This document shows, in pieces, positions 1 to 13,054 of a stretch of DNA of 64,000 bases (position 1 is its first letter; each line of letters begins with the position of its first letter). The notes beneath the pieces were generated by a model. That model did not search any database. It worked only from the letters and a program-made list of their open reading frames with translations, and was not told the origin of the DNA. The stretch covers positions 127,224,001 through 127,288,000 of the forward strand of contig NC_042999.1 in assembly GCF_006345805.1 (NCBI RefSeq), in the 5' to 3' direction. The DNA comes from Octopus sinensis (Eukaryota). A program made the position numbers and the translations under genes.

Positions 1-569
1 ACTTTCAAAGAAAAGAAAAAACAAAACAAAACAATAAAAAACAGGAAGCCAAAAATAAATGAAGACGTAAAAATAATACAAGCATTTAATTTATAATAAT
101 AAAAATATATTCACTCATGGAAGTTATTTATGGAGGAAAAAACATTTAAAGACATCACGTAGAACCCCTCAGTTTTCATGGAAATTTCAAAGTAGAAAAA
201 TGACCTCTTAGGAATGCTTATGAAAAGGCCTACTTGTTGGAAGAGAGAAAAAAATTAAATGATAGTTTTTTGTTCATTTTCTTTTTTTTTTATTATTTTA
301 TTTTGTTCATGTTTACTTTAGCTAAACACTTTTCTTTCTTTTCTTTCTTTAATAATATTTACTTTACAATTAAGGCATTTTGGGTTTTATTCTTCAAAGG
401 ACAGTTTTTTTTTGGTTTCTGTTTTGTTTTGTTGTTTTTTTTTACTTTGGTGATTCTAGAAGAGAGGAAATATAAAAAGTTATGGACAAGAAAACTAATT
501 AAAACGTTAAAAAAAAAATCAAATTATATAGAGAACACATTTTTGGACAGACCGAACTATTCCTACTAA

Positions 570-815
570 TATCATCATCATCATCATCATCAACATTTAA
601 TGTCCATTTTCCATGCTGGCATGGGATGATGATTTGACAGGAAGTGGTAAGACCAGGGGCAATACCAGGTTCAACCATCTGTTTTGGCTTGGTTTTTATG
701 GTTGCACGCCCATCCTAACACCAACCACTTTACAGAGTGTACTGGATGCTTTTTATATGGCACCATCACATGCTTTTTAAGTGGCACCAGTGCCAATTCT
801 TTTTATGTAGCACCT
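570..815 (-). mobile_element. RTE-type LINE 3' UTR fragment with (GAT)n tail
   Basis: (atc)n tail followed by catttaatgtccattttccatgctggcatggg, the reverse complement of the tail also seen at 8600-8912, 26218, 29900-30120 and 60385, which follows an RTE C-terminus at 26.5 and 29.9 kb. Confidence 0.75.
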
Positions 816-930
816 TGCTTTCAGGATCTCAATTCTCTTGTGGTGGGTTTGTCTTCTCAAGTACAGCAGTGCACCACATATCTCAGTTCTCTGTCATCTC
901 CTTCATAATGCTCAGCATTTTATATACACA

Positions 931-1824
931 TATTGAGTCATTCCATAGATAATGCAGTTTTTTCAGTTGCATAAACTAAAAGTAAGATAGTATAAACTAA
1001 AGCAGGTAGTAATCTTACCTTGTCCTTATTCTTAGTGCAAGTTTTGAAGAGTGCAGTTCGATTTTAACAGTTATTTTTACAAAGTTATAATGGAAGTGAC
1101 AAAGAGCATATTCAGCATATTTTGCTTTATGAGTTCAATAAAGGCAACAACGTAATGGAAAGTGCAAGGAATGTTGATGTAGTATATGGGGATCAGACAA
1201 TGAGCGTAAGCCAGAGTCATCAGTGGTTCCAGAAATTCTGAGCTGGAAACTACAGCCTAGAAGATGAGCCTCATCCTGGAAGATTTGTAGAGCTCAACAA
1301 GGACATCCTGCAAACCTTGGCGGAACAAAATCCCATCATTACTGTGAAGGAACTAGCAGAGAAGTTTGGATTTGGTCATTCAACCAGTCGTTCAAGTCAA
1401 TGCTAGAAAAAGTAACTAATTTTGGTTTCAAGATGAAAGGTATTCTTCCATCAGAATAATGCTTGGTCACAAACTGTGAGGATGACATTCCAAAGGCTAG
1501 AGCAGTTTGAATGGGAAACAATGCCCCACCTACAATATTCATCAGATATTTCCCCAGCTGAGTATCATTTATTCAGCAGTCTTCAAAATCATTTGGACAA
1601 AATACATGAATTCTATAGATGAGGTCAGAACTGTACAGGAGGAGTATTTTTTTATCATGGACAAGTGAATTTTGGAAGAGGAGCCTTGCATATCTACCAG
1701 ATAGAGGGAAGAGCATTGTAGAAAATGAAGGAGAGTATATTTTAGATTAAAAAAGAACCTTATCTTAATTCTGAAAAATAAAAGAAGTATAAAGAAATCG
1801 CATTATTTATGAGATGATCCAATA
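931..1824 (+). mobile_element. Internally deleted mariner transposon
   Basis: Imperfect TIRs tattgagtcattccatagataatgcag (931-957) and tcgcattatttatgagatgatccaata (1798-1824) with TA ends. Relic transposase MEVTKEHIQHILLYEFNKG...QWFQKF*AGNYSLEDEPHPGR from ~1090, and WETMPHLQYSSDISPAEYHLF (degenerate PHPPYSPDLAPSDYHLF motif) at ~1510-1575. Confidence 0.9.
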
Positions 1825-1835
1825 CATAGACATAC

Positions 1836-1997
1836 AGGCGTGGATATGTGGTTAAGAAGCTTATTTTGCAACCACATGATTTCAATTTCAGGCCCGCTGT
1901 GAGGCACCTTGGCCAAGTGTCTTCCACTATAGTCTTGAAGATCATCCAATACCTTGTGAGTGAATTTGGTACATGGAAACTGTATGGAAGTCCTTCA
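1836..1997 (+). mobile_element. tRNA-headed SINE family A, 5' half
   Basis: ggcgtggatatgtggttaagaagc...ggttc-like B box...ggcaccttggccaagtgtcttccactatag...gtgagtgaatttggta, shared with many copies in the window. Confidence 0.8.
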
Positions 1998-2076
1998 TAT
2001 ACATACATACATACATACATACATACATACATACATACATACATACATACATACATACATACATACATACATACAG
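1996..2076. repeat. (ATAC)n microsatellite
   Basis: Uninterrupted atac array directly after the SINE head. Confidence 0.98.
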
Positions 2077-2660
2077 TCAAACAAAAATACCCTGTTGTTG
2101 ATGTTGAAATTCCAATGAAGGAACTGTGGATCTAGGTAAGAAACTGGTTCTTTCCTTATGGGCAAGAAATCTTGAAATAAATTGAATAATGACATACGTA
2201 CATACATACATACGAATATACATACATACACTCCTACACACACACACACATAATCACTTGTTGTGCTTATCTCTATGGTTGCATAACAGAACATGTTATT
2301 AACTTATAAAAACATTTAGTATACTTTGTAGGATATTTTGGTCGCATAACAAAATACTGTGTGGCACCTTGGACAAGTACCTTCTACTATAGCCCCCAAG
2401 ATTGCCCAATACCTTATGAGTGAATTTTGTACAAGAAAACATTGTGTCATTAAGATATATATATTAGTGAAAATTAAAATTATATTCCGGTATAAACCTT
2501 GTAGGATTCTGTATAAAGTTCATCCACAGTTATCGGTTACCTGATGTCAACATCAGTTGCTATGCATATGCTACTGGATTTACTTCAGGAATTCTTTGGT
2601 GTCCATGTCCATGAAGTTTATATAAATAGATCAGAGACAGAAAATGGAATTCACAAGATT

Positions 2661-3043
2661 CTTTATTCAAATCCACAACATACGTTTCAACTGCTCCTGC
2701 ATTAGTACCTCACAGATGAGATGCTGTACAATCGTCTTGCATCACAAGTACAAATTGCATCTCCTGTGGTGACTTTTTAAACAAGTACTGCACTCTTTCT
2801 TCACTCCATTTCACTTAGTTCTATAAAGATATATGCTTAGACAGCTGTTACGTTCTAGAAATTTTCATAAAATGAAGTACCTAAAATAGCTAAGTGAAAT
2901 GGAGAGGTACTTGTTGAAGAAAGAGCAAGATACACTTGAGGAAATTCAGTGTGCACCTGTGATGCAAGATGATTGTTCAGCAACTCACCTGAGAGGTACC
3001 GATGCAGGATGAGTCAAAATAATTGTAGTGGGTTTGAATAAAG
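2661..3043. repeat. Degenerate fold-back element (arms ~2661-2765 and ~2938-3043)
   Basis: ctttattcaaatccacaac...gtacctcacagatgagatgctgtacaatcgtcttgcatcacaag is the reverse complement of tgtgatgcaagatgattgttcagcaactcacctgagaggtac...tttgaataaag. Confidence 0.75.
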
Positions 3044-3220
3044 AGTAGAATAAGTATACCAATAGAATAAGTATTAGGCTTACAAAGTATAAGTCCTGAG
3101 GTCAATTTGTTTGACTAAAACCCCTTAAGGTGGTGCTCCAGCATAGCTGCAGTCAAATGACTGAAACAGGTGAAAGAGTATACAACTCTCATCTCTGATC
3201 CTCTCAGTCTCTCTCACTCC

Positions 3221-3252
<32 letters not shown>

Positions 3253-3622
3253 CCTGTCTATGCTTATTGGCTTTTCTCTGCCTTGTTCTTACTCCCCCCC
3301 ACTCTCTTTCTTTACAACTACTTGTTCAAATACAGGCATGAAATATTCAAAAGGCTACGAACATTTATGTGAGCATGCAAACACAAACGCACATGAGTGT
3401 ACATGCACGCACACACACATACACATACTCACTCAAGCATTGACACTGTCTAGGTATCTGTAATATGTAATAGCATACAAATTAAATTTCTGCTTGAAGA
3501 AGTTATAACAAAGTAGCGTTGGTTGACTAAGGTGGTTGTTTTTTTTTACATGATATTTCTACATATACTTACAAACATGGTTCATAGTCAAACATTCTCC
3601 CATCCCTCAAATCTTATCTATA

Positions 3623-3815
3623 ATGGCTGTGTAGTAAGAAGCTTGGTTCCCAACCACATTTTCAGGGTTCAGTTCCACTGTGTGGTATCTTGGGCAAGTA
3701 TCTTCTATTATGGCATCAGCCTGACCAAAGCTTTGTGAGTGTATTTGGTAGATGGAAACTGAAAGAATCTTGTCATCTATCTATCTGTCTGTCTGTCTGT
3801 CTATCTATCTTATCT

Positions 3816-3890
<75 letters not shown>

Positions 3891-4140
3891 GTCTGTCTGT
3901 CTGTCTGTCTGTTTATCAGTGTGTGTGTGTGTGTGTCTTTGTGTCTGCGTTTGTCCTCCACCACAGCTTGGCAAGTGGTATTGGTGTGTTTATGTCTCCA
4001 TAACTTAGCAGCTTGGCAAAAGAGGCCAATGGAATAAGTACCAGGCTTAATTAAAAAATAAGTATAGGGGTCAATTTATTCAACCAAAAAATTGTTCAGG
4101 CGATGTCTTAATGGCTGAAACAGGTAAAAGATAAAAGATG
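3623..4140 (+). mobile_element. SINE family A, near full length, with internal (TCTA/TCTG)n expansion
   Basis: Head atggctgtgtagtaagaagcttgg, central microsatellite, tail ...ggctgaaacaggtaaaagataaaag. Confidence 0.8.
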
Positions 4141-5672
4141 TTCATAAAAGGAAGAAGGACTCACTGGATAACATAATTATAGATATACTGTCTGAATAAA
4201 GACAGGACAATCATGGCAGGAATGTCTTTGGTCATAGTTCTAATGATCTTAGGAAAACCAAGTGGATCCTTCTTCTTCATCAAGAAAATAATTTGCATCT
4301 ATATAATTCTTCTTTCTTCATTTTCACCATAGTGTTGGACAAAATTCAGATGTCTAAATCCATCTTAATTTTAAATAAGGCAATTTATCTGCCTCTTTTT
4401 TCAATTCACACAGCCCTTCCTCTTTAAGGAACATTGGGTTAAATGCCAAGATCATCAATTTAACACCATTTTTCATGGTAAACAAACTGGAGTTCAGCTA
4501 GTTTTCATTACAGATATTTCTATCTACCTTGTTCCTTTGGCTTTTGCCTCTGTAAAGTTCCAGTATCCTCAGACTGAGTAAATTACTTTGAAAATTACCT
4601 ATAGGACCTTGACTACAAGTTCTTTTATCATCAATTCACAATACATTTTCATGGAATAGGTATAAAGTCATTCTGACAGAGTAAGATTCTGATATTAATT
4701 ATACTCTCTTGGAGAGCTGGCAGAATCATTAGAGCACTGGACTAAGTGTCTTGTGATATTTCTTCTAGCTCTTTACATTCTGGGTTCAAATATAGCTGAG
4801 GTCAAGTTTGGCTTTTATCAGTCTTGCGTCAATAATGAAATATTTGTCAAATACTAGGATCAATGGCATTGATTTACCCTGTAATATAATCAGGTTCTAA
4901 AGTTAAGGAGAGCAGACACATAAAAGGAAAGGCACTGTGACACATACCAAACAATTTTTAACTGATTTCTCTTATGTGAAATATTTCATTAGTTATAATA
5001 TATGTAATTGTATTCTACAATCATAAATTTCATGTTTTAGTAACAATGTCATTATGTATGAAACTTAAAACTACTGATATAGGTGTGATGTAGAGAAAAT
5101 GAAACACCATGGGAACATCCAGTGTTGAGAGGTTATGATATGAGGGTTTGTTTTAGTTCTTCAGATGTCAGAGGCCACCAACACATCACAAGAGATTGGG
5201 CAGACAGTTCAAAAAAATTGGTTAGCTGGTTAAATAAAGTAATGATTTCAGAAAGTTCTTCCAAGGCCTTGTGATTAACAAAAATAAAAGAGATTCGACT
5301 TTTACTGTACAAGTGAACTAAAGAGTTAAAAAAATTGTTGAAAAGGCACCAATTTTGAAAAATGCGCTCAGTTGGGAGGGGGGGGCATGGTCACTCCCTA
5401 TACATCCCTATTAGTTATGCAACTGGATTTAATCGCTTTCCTAAAAATTGTTGGACTTGTGTTTAGATGAGAAACTATTAATTTATACAGAAGAATAGAT
5501 CTGTCATTCATTGAGACCAGTCAATGGTTCGATGGATAAGATATCTGATCATTATGTAACTGTTCATGCAACCCATACCAGCATGGAAAGTAGATGTAAA
5601 TTGATGATTACTACACATATATATGTGAAGATGCACTTACACACATACACACTTACATATACACACACATCC

Positions 5673-5709
<37 letters not shown>

Positions 5710-7494
5710 GCCATACATTCACACACACACATACACACATGCATACCTGCATGCACACACACACACACACACACACTGACACACTCACACACACAATCAT
5801 TAGTTTAGTATTCACTCTTATACATTTCCATAGTTAAGACAGAATTTATTGAGGCTAAGTGCACAATACTCTACAGCTGTGTGTGTGTGTTTGTGTATGC
5901 ACACACATGCATGTGCATGAGAGTCAGAGAGCGAGAGAGAGAGAGAGAGTTGGGAGGGGAGGTGGGGAGGAATAATAAATATTTGATCCCATAAACAAGA
6001 TGACTAGTTTCTAGTCATTAGAGAGAGAGGATTAAGTATTTGGAACCAGGTGTAAAATCTCAGTAGTTGTCCAAATTCAAAGAATAAATAAATAATGAGA
6101 AAAAGTAATTTACTTACTAATAAATACCTAAATTCATCAATGTATGAAAAGTGCTGTCACTCTTCATGATTGATAAGTCTTATTACATGTGATACTGTAA
6201 TGGCTCACTAGAGACTGGACTGTGTGACTAATAAACTGGTCTTGTTGGTCTACACCAGTGTTTCCCAACTGGAGTCCATGTGTCCCTTGGGGATCCTTAT
6301 GAAATTTTGTTGTTAAAGTTTATGTGCAATAAATTGTTTACAACACGTGAAATATTTCAACAATTTTTTTAATGCACGGGAGTGGCTGTGTGATAAGAAG
6401 TCAAGGCAAAGTTGTTTATGGAAGACCAGCAGGTATTGAAAAAGTTCTTGACTTTAAGGGTATTGCAAAAGGACTGGTTGGAGACCCAGCCTTCCGAGTT
6501 CTTTTACAGGGCTTAGAAAAAATAAAGGCCACAGCAATAAGTGTGTGAATCTGAGAGGGGACCATGTTGAATAAAATCATAATTTACTGATCCTCTTGTA
6601 TTTTCTTTTACCCAAATCCAGGAACTTTTCAGCACCCAATCATATTTATGTTGTGGCTTGCTGTCAATAAATGCATTGATTTTCCTAGGGTTCTACAATG
6701 CTTACCAGATCTTAAGATTAAGTACTGAGATCAATTTCATCAATTAAAGCCTTTCGAAGCTGTGCTTCAGCATAGCCACATCCAAATAACTGAAACAATA
6801 AACTGATCAAAGAATGATAGAGTAAAAAAGAAATGCTATATTAGCTCCTTGAAGATGCATATTAATTTCATGACATTTCTTAAAACTTTCAGTTACATAA
6901 AATGTGTTTTTTTTTTGTATGTGTTGGCAGAGATCAATTCGCTATCACTTTCAAGAAACAACATGCCATTCTCATACAATTTAACAAAGCAATTCAAGCA
7001 TGCATCTTTTAAGAGCCCATAAATTTCTGTAACACTAACTTCAATAAATTGCTCATTATTATCCTAGCATAGCTGTTGAATCATTTTATCATTTCTGTAA
7101 TTTGATTACAGCCTTAATTACTGTGATAAATGATGAATGATGGCTTACACTCAACTGTTTTCCAACAAGATGTTACCCACGTACCACACAAAATGATTTG
7201 CACATTTTTTTCTTTAAGTTAACAAGAAAACTGCAATATCATTGATGGTGCCCCTCCATTAATAGTAAGTCCAATAATATTGTTTAAGGCTATATTATTA
7301 TTAACAAAAAATCATTCCACAGAGGTAAATATAATGTCATTCATACATGTAACAAGATTTAAAATAAATAACATTGCTTGGTGCAATGTACGGTTCCCAT
7401 TAAAATATCATACATGTGTGTGTATATATATATATGTGTAAATATCATTATTTCTAATTGTCTCTAAAGGAGACTACGGCAGCAATACTGGATA

Positions 7495-7758
7495 TTAATA
7501 GTTATTGCCAAGTTAACATGGCAGTCCAGAAAAATAGGACGAATGCTGCCATTGATTAGCTCCAGGGGGTCATCAAAACTAGTCTGTGGATACCAGACCA
7601 GCAAGGGGAAGCTGCTGACCTTCCCCATTCGAAGGTTATAATGGACACAGGTTTGTGTGTCATATAGCTAGCTAGAGGTGATGGCCTCTTGGAGCTAATC
7701 AACAGCAGCATTCGTCCTATTTTTCTGGACTGCCATGTTAGCTTGGCGATAACTATTA

Positions 7759-7761
<3 letters not shown>
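7495..7761. mobile_element. MITE-like fold-back element with ~80-bp inverted arms
   Basis: tattaatagttattgccaagttaacatggcagtccagaaaaataggacgaatgctg (7495-) pairs with cagcattcgtcctatttttctggactgccatgttagcttggcgataactattaat (-7760). Confidence 0.8.
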
Positions 7762-7805
<44 letters not shown>

Positions 7806-7869
7806 TCACACATATACATACATTTACATGTATATAATATATCCATTCCAATATTCACATATCCACTTT

Positions 7870-8176
7870 AATTATTTAACATACCTTATTTACACTCAAT
7901 TGATCAAACAATCCCCAAAAGTTGATGTTTATAGTGCACATAATTAAAACACCCATACTTTACAACCACTAAGCTCCACACACAAGAGGAACCAACACAT
8001 ATAAAAACCTTAGAAAATCTAAAACATTTAACACTCTGATGAAATCATTAAGATGGACAAAAGTTTGAAGTCACTATTATTAATTCTTACTTTGTGATGA
8101 TAAGTCCAATATTCCACATCCTTCAAAATATTTTAGATTGCTTTTGCATATAACTATATGTAAAAAATAAGCATAA

Positions 8177-8215
<39 letters not shown>

Positions 8216-8580
8216 CCGAAATGTACAGTGTTATATATCCATAATGGCTGATCTCTGACTCACCTCAAATATTATAATATACATTTTTTCCAATGGATTT
8301 GGAATTATTCAACAAAGACTATCCCCATACCTCTGGACGAACTCTATACAAGACTGTTGCTGAAGAAAATATTCAGCTTGATCAGGAGGATGAGATGGGA
8401 GGCCTTTTACTTTGACCAGCCCAAACCAACAACAGAAACTGAACATTTTGGGCTTAAATCAATAAAGTTTCCACCCAAGATCAAGGAACTGGAGGCCTTT
8501 GAGAATGACATGTTGGACATAATATCCCACCTGAAATTCTGTAAGTTCTCAAATGCTTTCCAACATAAACTTAGAACAGA
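7870..8580 (+). mobile_element. Penelope-like element 5' fragment (upstream sequence plus ORF N-terminus)
   Basis: 8293-8580 translates YSTKTIPIP...LIRRMRWEAFYF...HFGLKSIKFPPKIKELEAFENDMLDIISHLKF, matching the N-terminal signature I recognise from aquatic-invertebrate PLE RT ORFs (NIPIP, RMRWKA, FG..S..PP.I.EL..FE.D). Truncated at a (TA)n array. Confidence 0.75.
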
Positions 8581-8599
8581 TATATATATATATATATAT

Positions 8600-8912
8600 A
8601 TATATTTACAGCATGTGAAAAACATTCGAGCGAGGTCGTTGCCAGTGCTGCTAGACTGGCTCCTGTGCAGGTGGCACATAAAAAACACCACTAGAGCATG
8701 GCCATTGCCACTACTGCCTGACTGGCCCTCGTGCTGGTGGCACGTAAAAGCACCCACTACACTCTCAGAGTGGTTGGCGTTAGGAAGGGCATCAAGCTGT
8801 AGAAACTCTGCCAGATCAGATTGGAGCCTGGTGCAGCCATCTGGTTCACCAGTCATAAGTCAAATCGTCCAAACCATGCTAGCATGGAAAGCAGATGTTA
8901 AACGATAATGAT
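8600..8912 (+). mobile_element. RTE-type LINE 3' UTR with three modular ggtggcacgtaaaaagcac units
   Basis: Ends ...catgctagcatggaaagcagatgttaaacgataatgatg. Confidence 0.8.
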
Positions 8913-8974
8913 GGCACATACATATATACACAAGTATCGTGATGCAAACAGGAAAAATAGAACTCAAAATATGT

Positions 8975-9197
8975 CTTTTACTCTTTTACTCTTTTACTTG
9001 TTTCAGTCATTTGACTGTGGCCATGCTGGAGCACGCCTTCAATCAAGCAACTCGGCCCCGGGACTTATTCTTTTGTAAGCCCAGTAATTATTCTAACGGT
9101 CTCTTTTGCCGAACCGCTAAGTAACGAGGACATAAACACACCAGCATCAGTTGTCAAGCAATGCTAGGGGGACAAACACAGACACACAAGCACATAC

Positions 9198-9210
<13 letters not shown>
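8975..9210 (-). mobile_element. SINE family A, 3' half (host of the nested CR1)
   Basis: cttttactcttttacttgtttcagtcatttgactgtggccatgctggagcac is the reverse complement of the SINE A tail. Confidence 0.85.
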
Positions 9211-9247
<37 letters not shown>

Positions 9248-9250
9248 TAA

Positions 9251-9897
9251 ATACTTTGATACTTTGATACTTTGATAGGTTTCGGCCATTATTGCCCAGG
9301 CCATGTCTAACTTAATAGGCACACCTGGTGAGTCTTTCAAGTCAGACTTTGGGCACTATGGCCCACTCAAAGAGAGTTATTGTTACAGAGACATATCCGG
9401 GTGTGGTGTAGGGGGTTTATCCGGGATTTCTTGAAGGAATCTGTCCAAAGACTTCTTGAACCCTATAGGGTCAGTTTCTGTTTTAATGTGATTTGGTGTA
9501 ATGTTAAAGAAGCGGGCCAATTGAGGTGAAATAATTGTGCCGTATTGTTGTATGAGATGAGAGTGCGATTTTTGTTTTGGGCGGATGGCACGGGGCCCAA
9601 GCCTTGGATGTACTTAAGGTGATGCCAACATCATTTGGGCAATGCTTGATGGAATATTTTCCACATATGCAGATGATTGTAGCGCTCACGACGACGTTGG
9701 AAGAATAGAGTTTTAGCTTCTAGTCGACCCCAATAGTCGAGGCCTGTCATGCCATCTATCTTTTTTGTGATTGCCCTTTGAGGTGCTTCAACTTTTTGAT
9801 ACCTTGTATTGGTGGGGAGACCACAGTGGACAACAGTATTCAAGGTGGGGTCGGGCAAAAGTGGAGAAGAGAAGATAATGGTGTGGATATCTCTCGA
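9251..9897 (-). mobile_element. 5'-truncated CR1-group LINE 3' end with (ATCAAAGT)n tail
   Basis: Minus-strand relic ...PQRAITKKIDGMTGLDYWGRL...HMWKIFHQ is homologous to 21060-21200. The 3' UTR matches 21556-21612, followed by an 8-mer tandem tail. Confidence 0.9.
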
Positions 9898-10056
9898 CGG
9901 GCTTCTTTCAGTTTCCGTCTACCAAATCCACTCACAAGGCTTTGGTCGCCCCGAGGCTATAGTAGAAGACACTTGCCCAAGGTGCCACACAGTGGGACTG
10001 AACCCGGAACCATGTGGTCGGTAAATAAGCTACTTACCACACAGCCACTCCTGTGC
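9897..10056 (-). mobile_element. SINE family A, 5' half
   Basis: cgacgggcttctttcagtttccgtctaccaaatccactcacaagg...ccacacagccactcctgtgcc. Confidence 0.9.
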
Positions 10057-10080
10057 CTACAAGTATATATGTATTTTTAT

Positions 10081-10200
10081 TAATATTTAACAGAAGTAAC
10101 AGAGTGACTCAAGGCCTGAGAATTTCGTGCATTTGATAAGTGCCAATGCACAAAACTCTTGGAACTTGAGTCACTGTTACTTCTGCAAAATATTAATAAA
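10081..10200. mobile_element. PLE-derived palindrome with a decayed hammerhead
   Basis: Arms agaagtaacagagtgactcaag / cttgagtcactgttacttctg. The right arm reads ttgataa GTGC caat GCAC aaaa CTC..GAG TC, a mutated CUGAUGA-stem II-GAAA-stem III-GUC. Confidence 0.6.
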
Positions 10201-10440
10201 TAAATAATATATATATATATATACATACAACATTATCTGAGAGAAATTTTCTTTAAGTAGTAGAAATGCTAAGAAAATTTTTTTGGCTGCTATTTCTACT
10301 AAGTTCAGTATGTGGCAAAGTAATTTATTTTACTAAGCCCTAATTATATAATGTAATATTTATATATACATACATATATATATATACACACACACATGCA
10401 CACACATACACATATATGGATATATATATATAAATATAAA

Positions 10441-10483
<43 letters not shown>

Positions 10484-11070
10484 TATATATATATGTATAT
10501 ATATATATGTGTGTGTATATTATATATATATATATATATAATTGAGAATCAGTTGAATTAGGTACTTAAGTTGAAACACCAAGTCTGTCCGTTATTATCA
10601 TGCAGTTTGAAGGAAGGTGAATAAAATCATGACAGCTCATGGCTAGGTAAGGTCATAAATATTGTCATATGTATCTCTTTTTCTCAGCTGTCAACTAACT
10701 CTTGCCCTTCATTCTAAACAGTCCAGTAGTCTTTGATTTAATAGTTGATAAAAGGACAAATAAATTAGAAATGAACCACAATCCTTTACAATCTATGACC
10801 CCAGTGGGCTTCATGCCATTCTTGGAAATGTAGTCTATTCTTAGCTACAATAGCAACAACATGAATTTCTTCCATCTTCTTGCTCTGTTAAAGTATTTGA
10901 GAAAAAAATTATACTAATGTGTCCAACTGGTCAAAATTCTATTTATTTGTGCAGCTGATGATAACCTTGCATTTAAATTGATGTAATGATTGCATTGTTC
11001 AATTAAATGGAGCTGCTTGAAACGGTTCTACTGCATCACGTTTTCATATCCTGTTGCTTATTTTGATTTT

Positions 11071-11114
<44 letters not shown>

Positions 11115-11115
11115 G

Positions 11116-11147
<32 letters not shown>

Positions 11148-11697
11148 TGTATGTATAGTTGTCTAAGAATCTGCCACCATATTTTTTTTTATAACTGCTG
11201 TCTCTGAGGAGCATGTGGTGTTACTTAATTATGCTATTATCAAATGTTAGATTATGTAATATCTAATGTGAAACCCAGTTGTAAGATCAGCTGAAATGGA
11301 TCTATAATTCCATAATACTATACAAACACACACACAAACATACATACATACATACATACATACATGTGTGTGCGTGTGTGTGTGCATGCATGCGTGTGTG
11401 TGTGTGTGTGTGGTGTGTGTGTGTGTGTGTGTGTGTGTGTTCGTGTGTGTGCGTGTATACCTTGGGATAGGACTTTCTATAACCATCAACATAAACTTTC
11501 TCTCTTAATGCCTGTTTGTTCTGAAAATGTAACTTTCCCAAATAAGTCCAAGGCTCTGATGAAGTTATAGAATGTTATCCTGATATTTAACTAAGAGTCC
11601 ACCACATCTTATAGCAAAAACAGCAGTAAGCTGATGAAGTTCAATGCATAACATTTTGTTTTTTTCCAGTCTCATCTCTTTGTTTTATATATATCTG

Positions 11698-11729
<32 letters not shown>

Positions 11730-12315
11730 TGTATGTATGTATGTATGTATGTATGTATGTATGTATGTATGTATGTATGTAGTATGTATGCATGCATGTA
11801 TGCATATATATATTTATAAATATATACATATATGTATATGTGTATGTGTGTGTATATATGTATGTGTGTGTGTATGTAAGTGCATTACCTTACTGTGGTA
11901 TTGCTAAGAGGTTGTGTTTTTATAACCTCAATTGAATAATTGAATCCTGTTGAGATAATTCTTTGATTGAGAGTATTATCAAAGTACCAATACCATGGTT
12001 CCTACTATTTGCAACTGGTTGTGCTATTACAACAAGCTGCAGTTAAACCATTTTTGCTTTTTGCATCAGTATTTAAATGTTTCTAAGTGTTTTTGAAAAT
12101 ATTCAATAAACTTATCTTAATATTTTGAATACTGTGTAGTAAAACGCTCTGGCATTTGGCTTGGTTTTATAGCTTCATTAGAAAATATCCTGTGGCTCAG
12201 GAAGTATATTGAAAAGCTGTCTGTTTGTAATACATTCCATTCAGTAATACTCCATCTTAAAATATTCTGCCACAAATATATTTCACATTTTTTTTTTGAG
12301 AATATTCAATATAGG

Positions 12316-12700
12316 CACAGGAGTGGCTGTGTGGTAAGTAGCTTGCTTGCCAACCACATAGTTCCGGGCTCAGTCCCACTGTGTGGCACCTTGGGCAAGT
12401 GTCTTCTACTATAGCCTTGGGGCGACCAAAGCCTTGTGAGTGGATTTGGTAGACGGAACTGAAAGAAGCTCGTCCTATATATTGTCTGTGTGTGTGTGTG
12501 TGTCTGTCCCACCAACATCGCTTGACAGCTGATGTCGGTGTGTTTATGTCCCTGTAACATAGTGGTTCAGCAAAAGAGACTGATAGAATAAGGTTTACAA
12601 AGAATAAGTCCGGGGTCAATTTGTTCGACTAAAGGTGGTGCTCTAGCATGGCTGCAATCAAATGACTGAAACAAGTAAAAGAATAAAACAATAAAACAAT
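12316..12700 (+). mobile_element. SINE family A, full length
   Basis: ggcacaggagtggctgtgtggtaag (A box) ...gttccgggctcagtccc (B box)...gactgaaacaagtaaaagaataaaac tail. Confidence 0.9.
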
Positions 12701-13054
12701 AAAAGAATACAAAATAAAATAACTCACAACAATATGATTTTTGAAGAGTGTTAGAAATACTTCCTTCCATTAGCTAACACACCCTCTTTAAGTAATTCAT
12801 GTCTGAGATAGCGTGTACCAAACAACCACACTAAAAGAATGAAACAGGAAGCATGTGTGTATGAGTGAATGAGTGTATGTGTGTGTGTGTGTGTGTGAGA
12901 GACAGACAGACAGACAGACAGAGACAGAGAAAGAGAGACAGAGAGAGAGTGTGTGTGTTACTGGCAAACAACTGAATCCTCTGGTGATGTTGATACTCAA
13001 ATTTTATACATTAATATTTATATCTCTCTTTCTGTGTCTATCTCTCTTTATATC

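Noticed and set aside
2680-2725. Minus-strand GAAACGUA with upstream CUGUGAG in the fold-back arm
   Set aside because: The core is missing a nucleotide in both arms and stem I does not pair; at most a decayed relic.
4260-4480. Coding-like minus-strand stretch MKNGVKLMILAFNPMFLKEEGLCELKKEADKLPYLKLRWI
   Set aside because: Short, ended by stops and unrecognised; cannot separate it from an old TE relic or chance.
12316-12400. tRNA-like A and B boxes at SINE heads
   Set aside because: They are tRNA-derived SINE promoters without a full cloverleaf; not called as tRNA genes.
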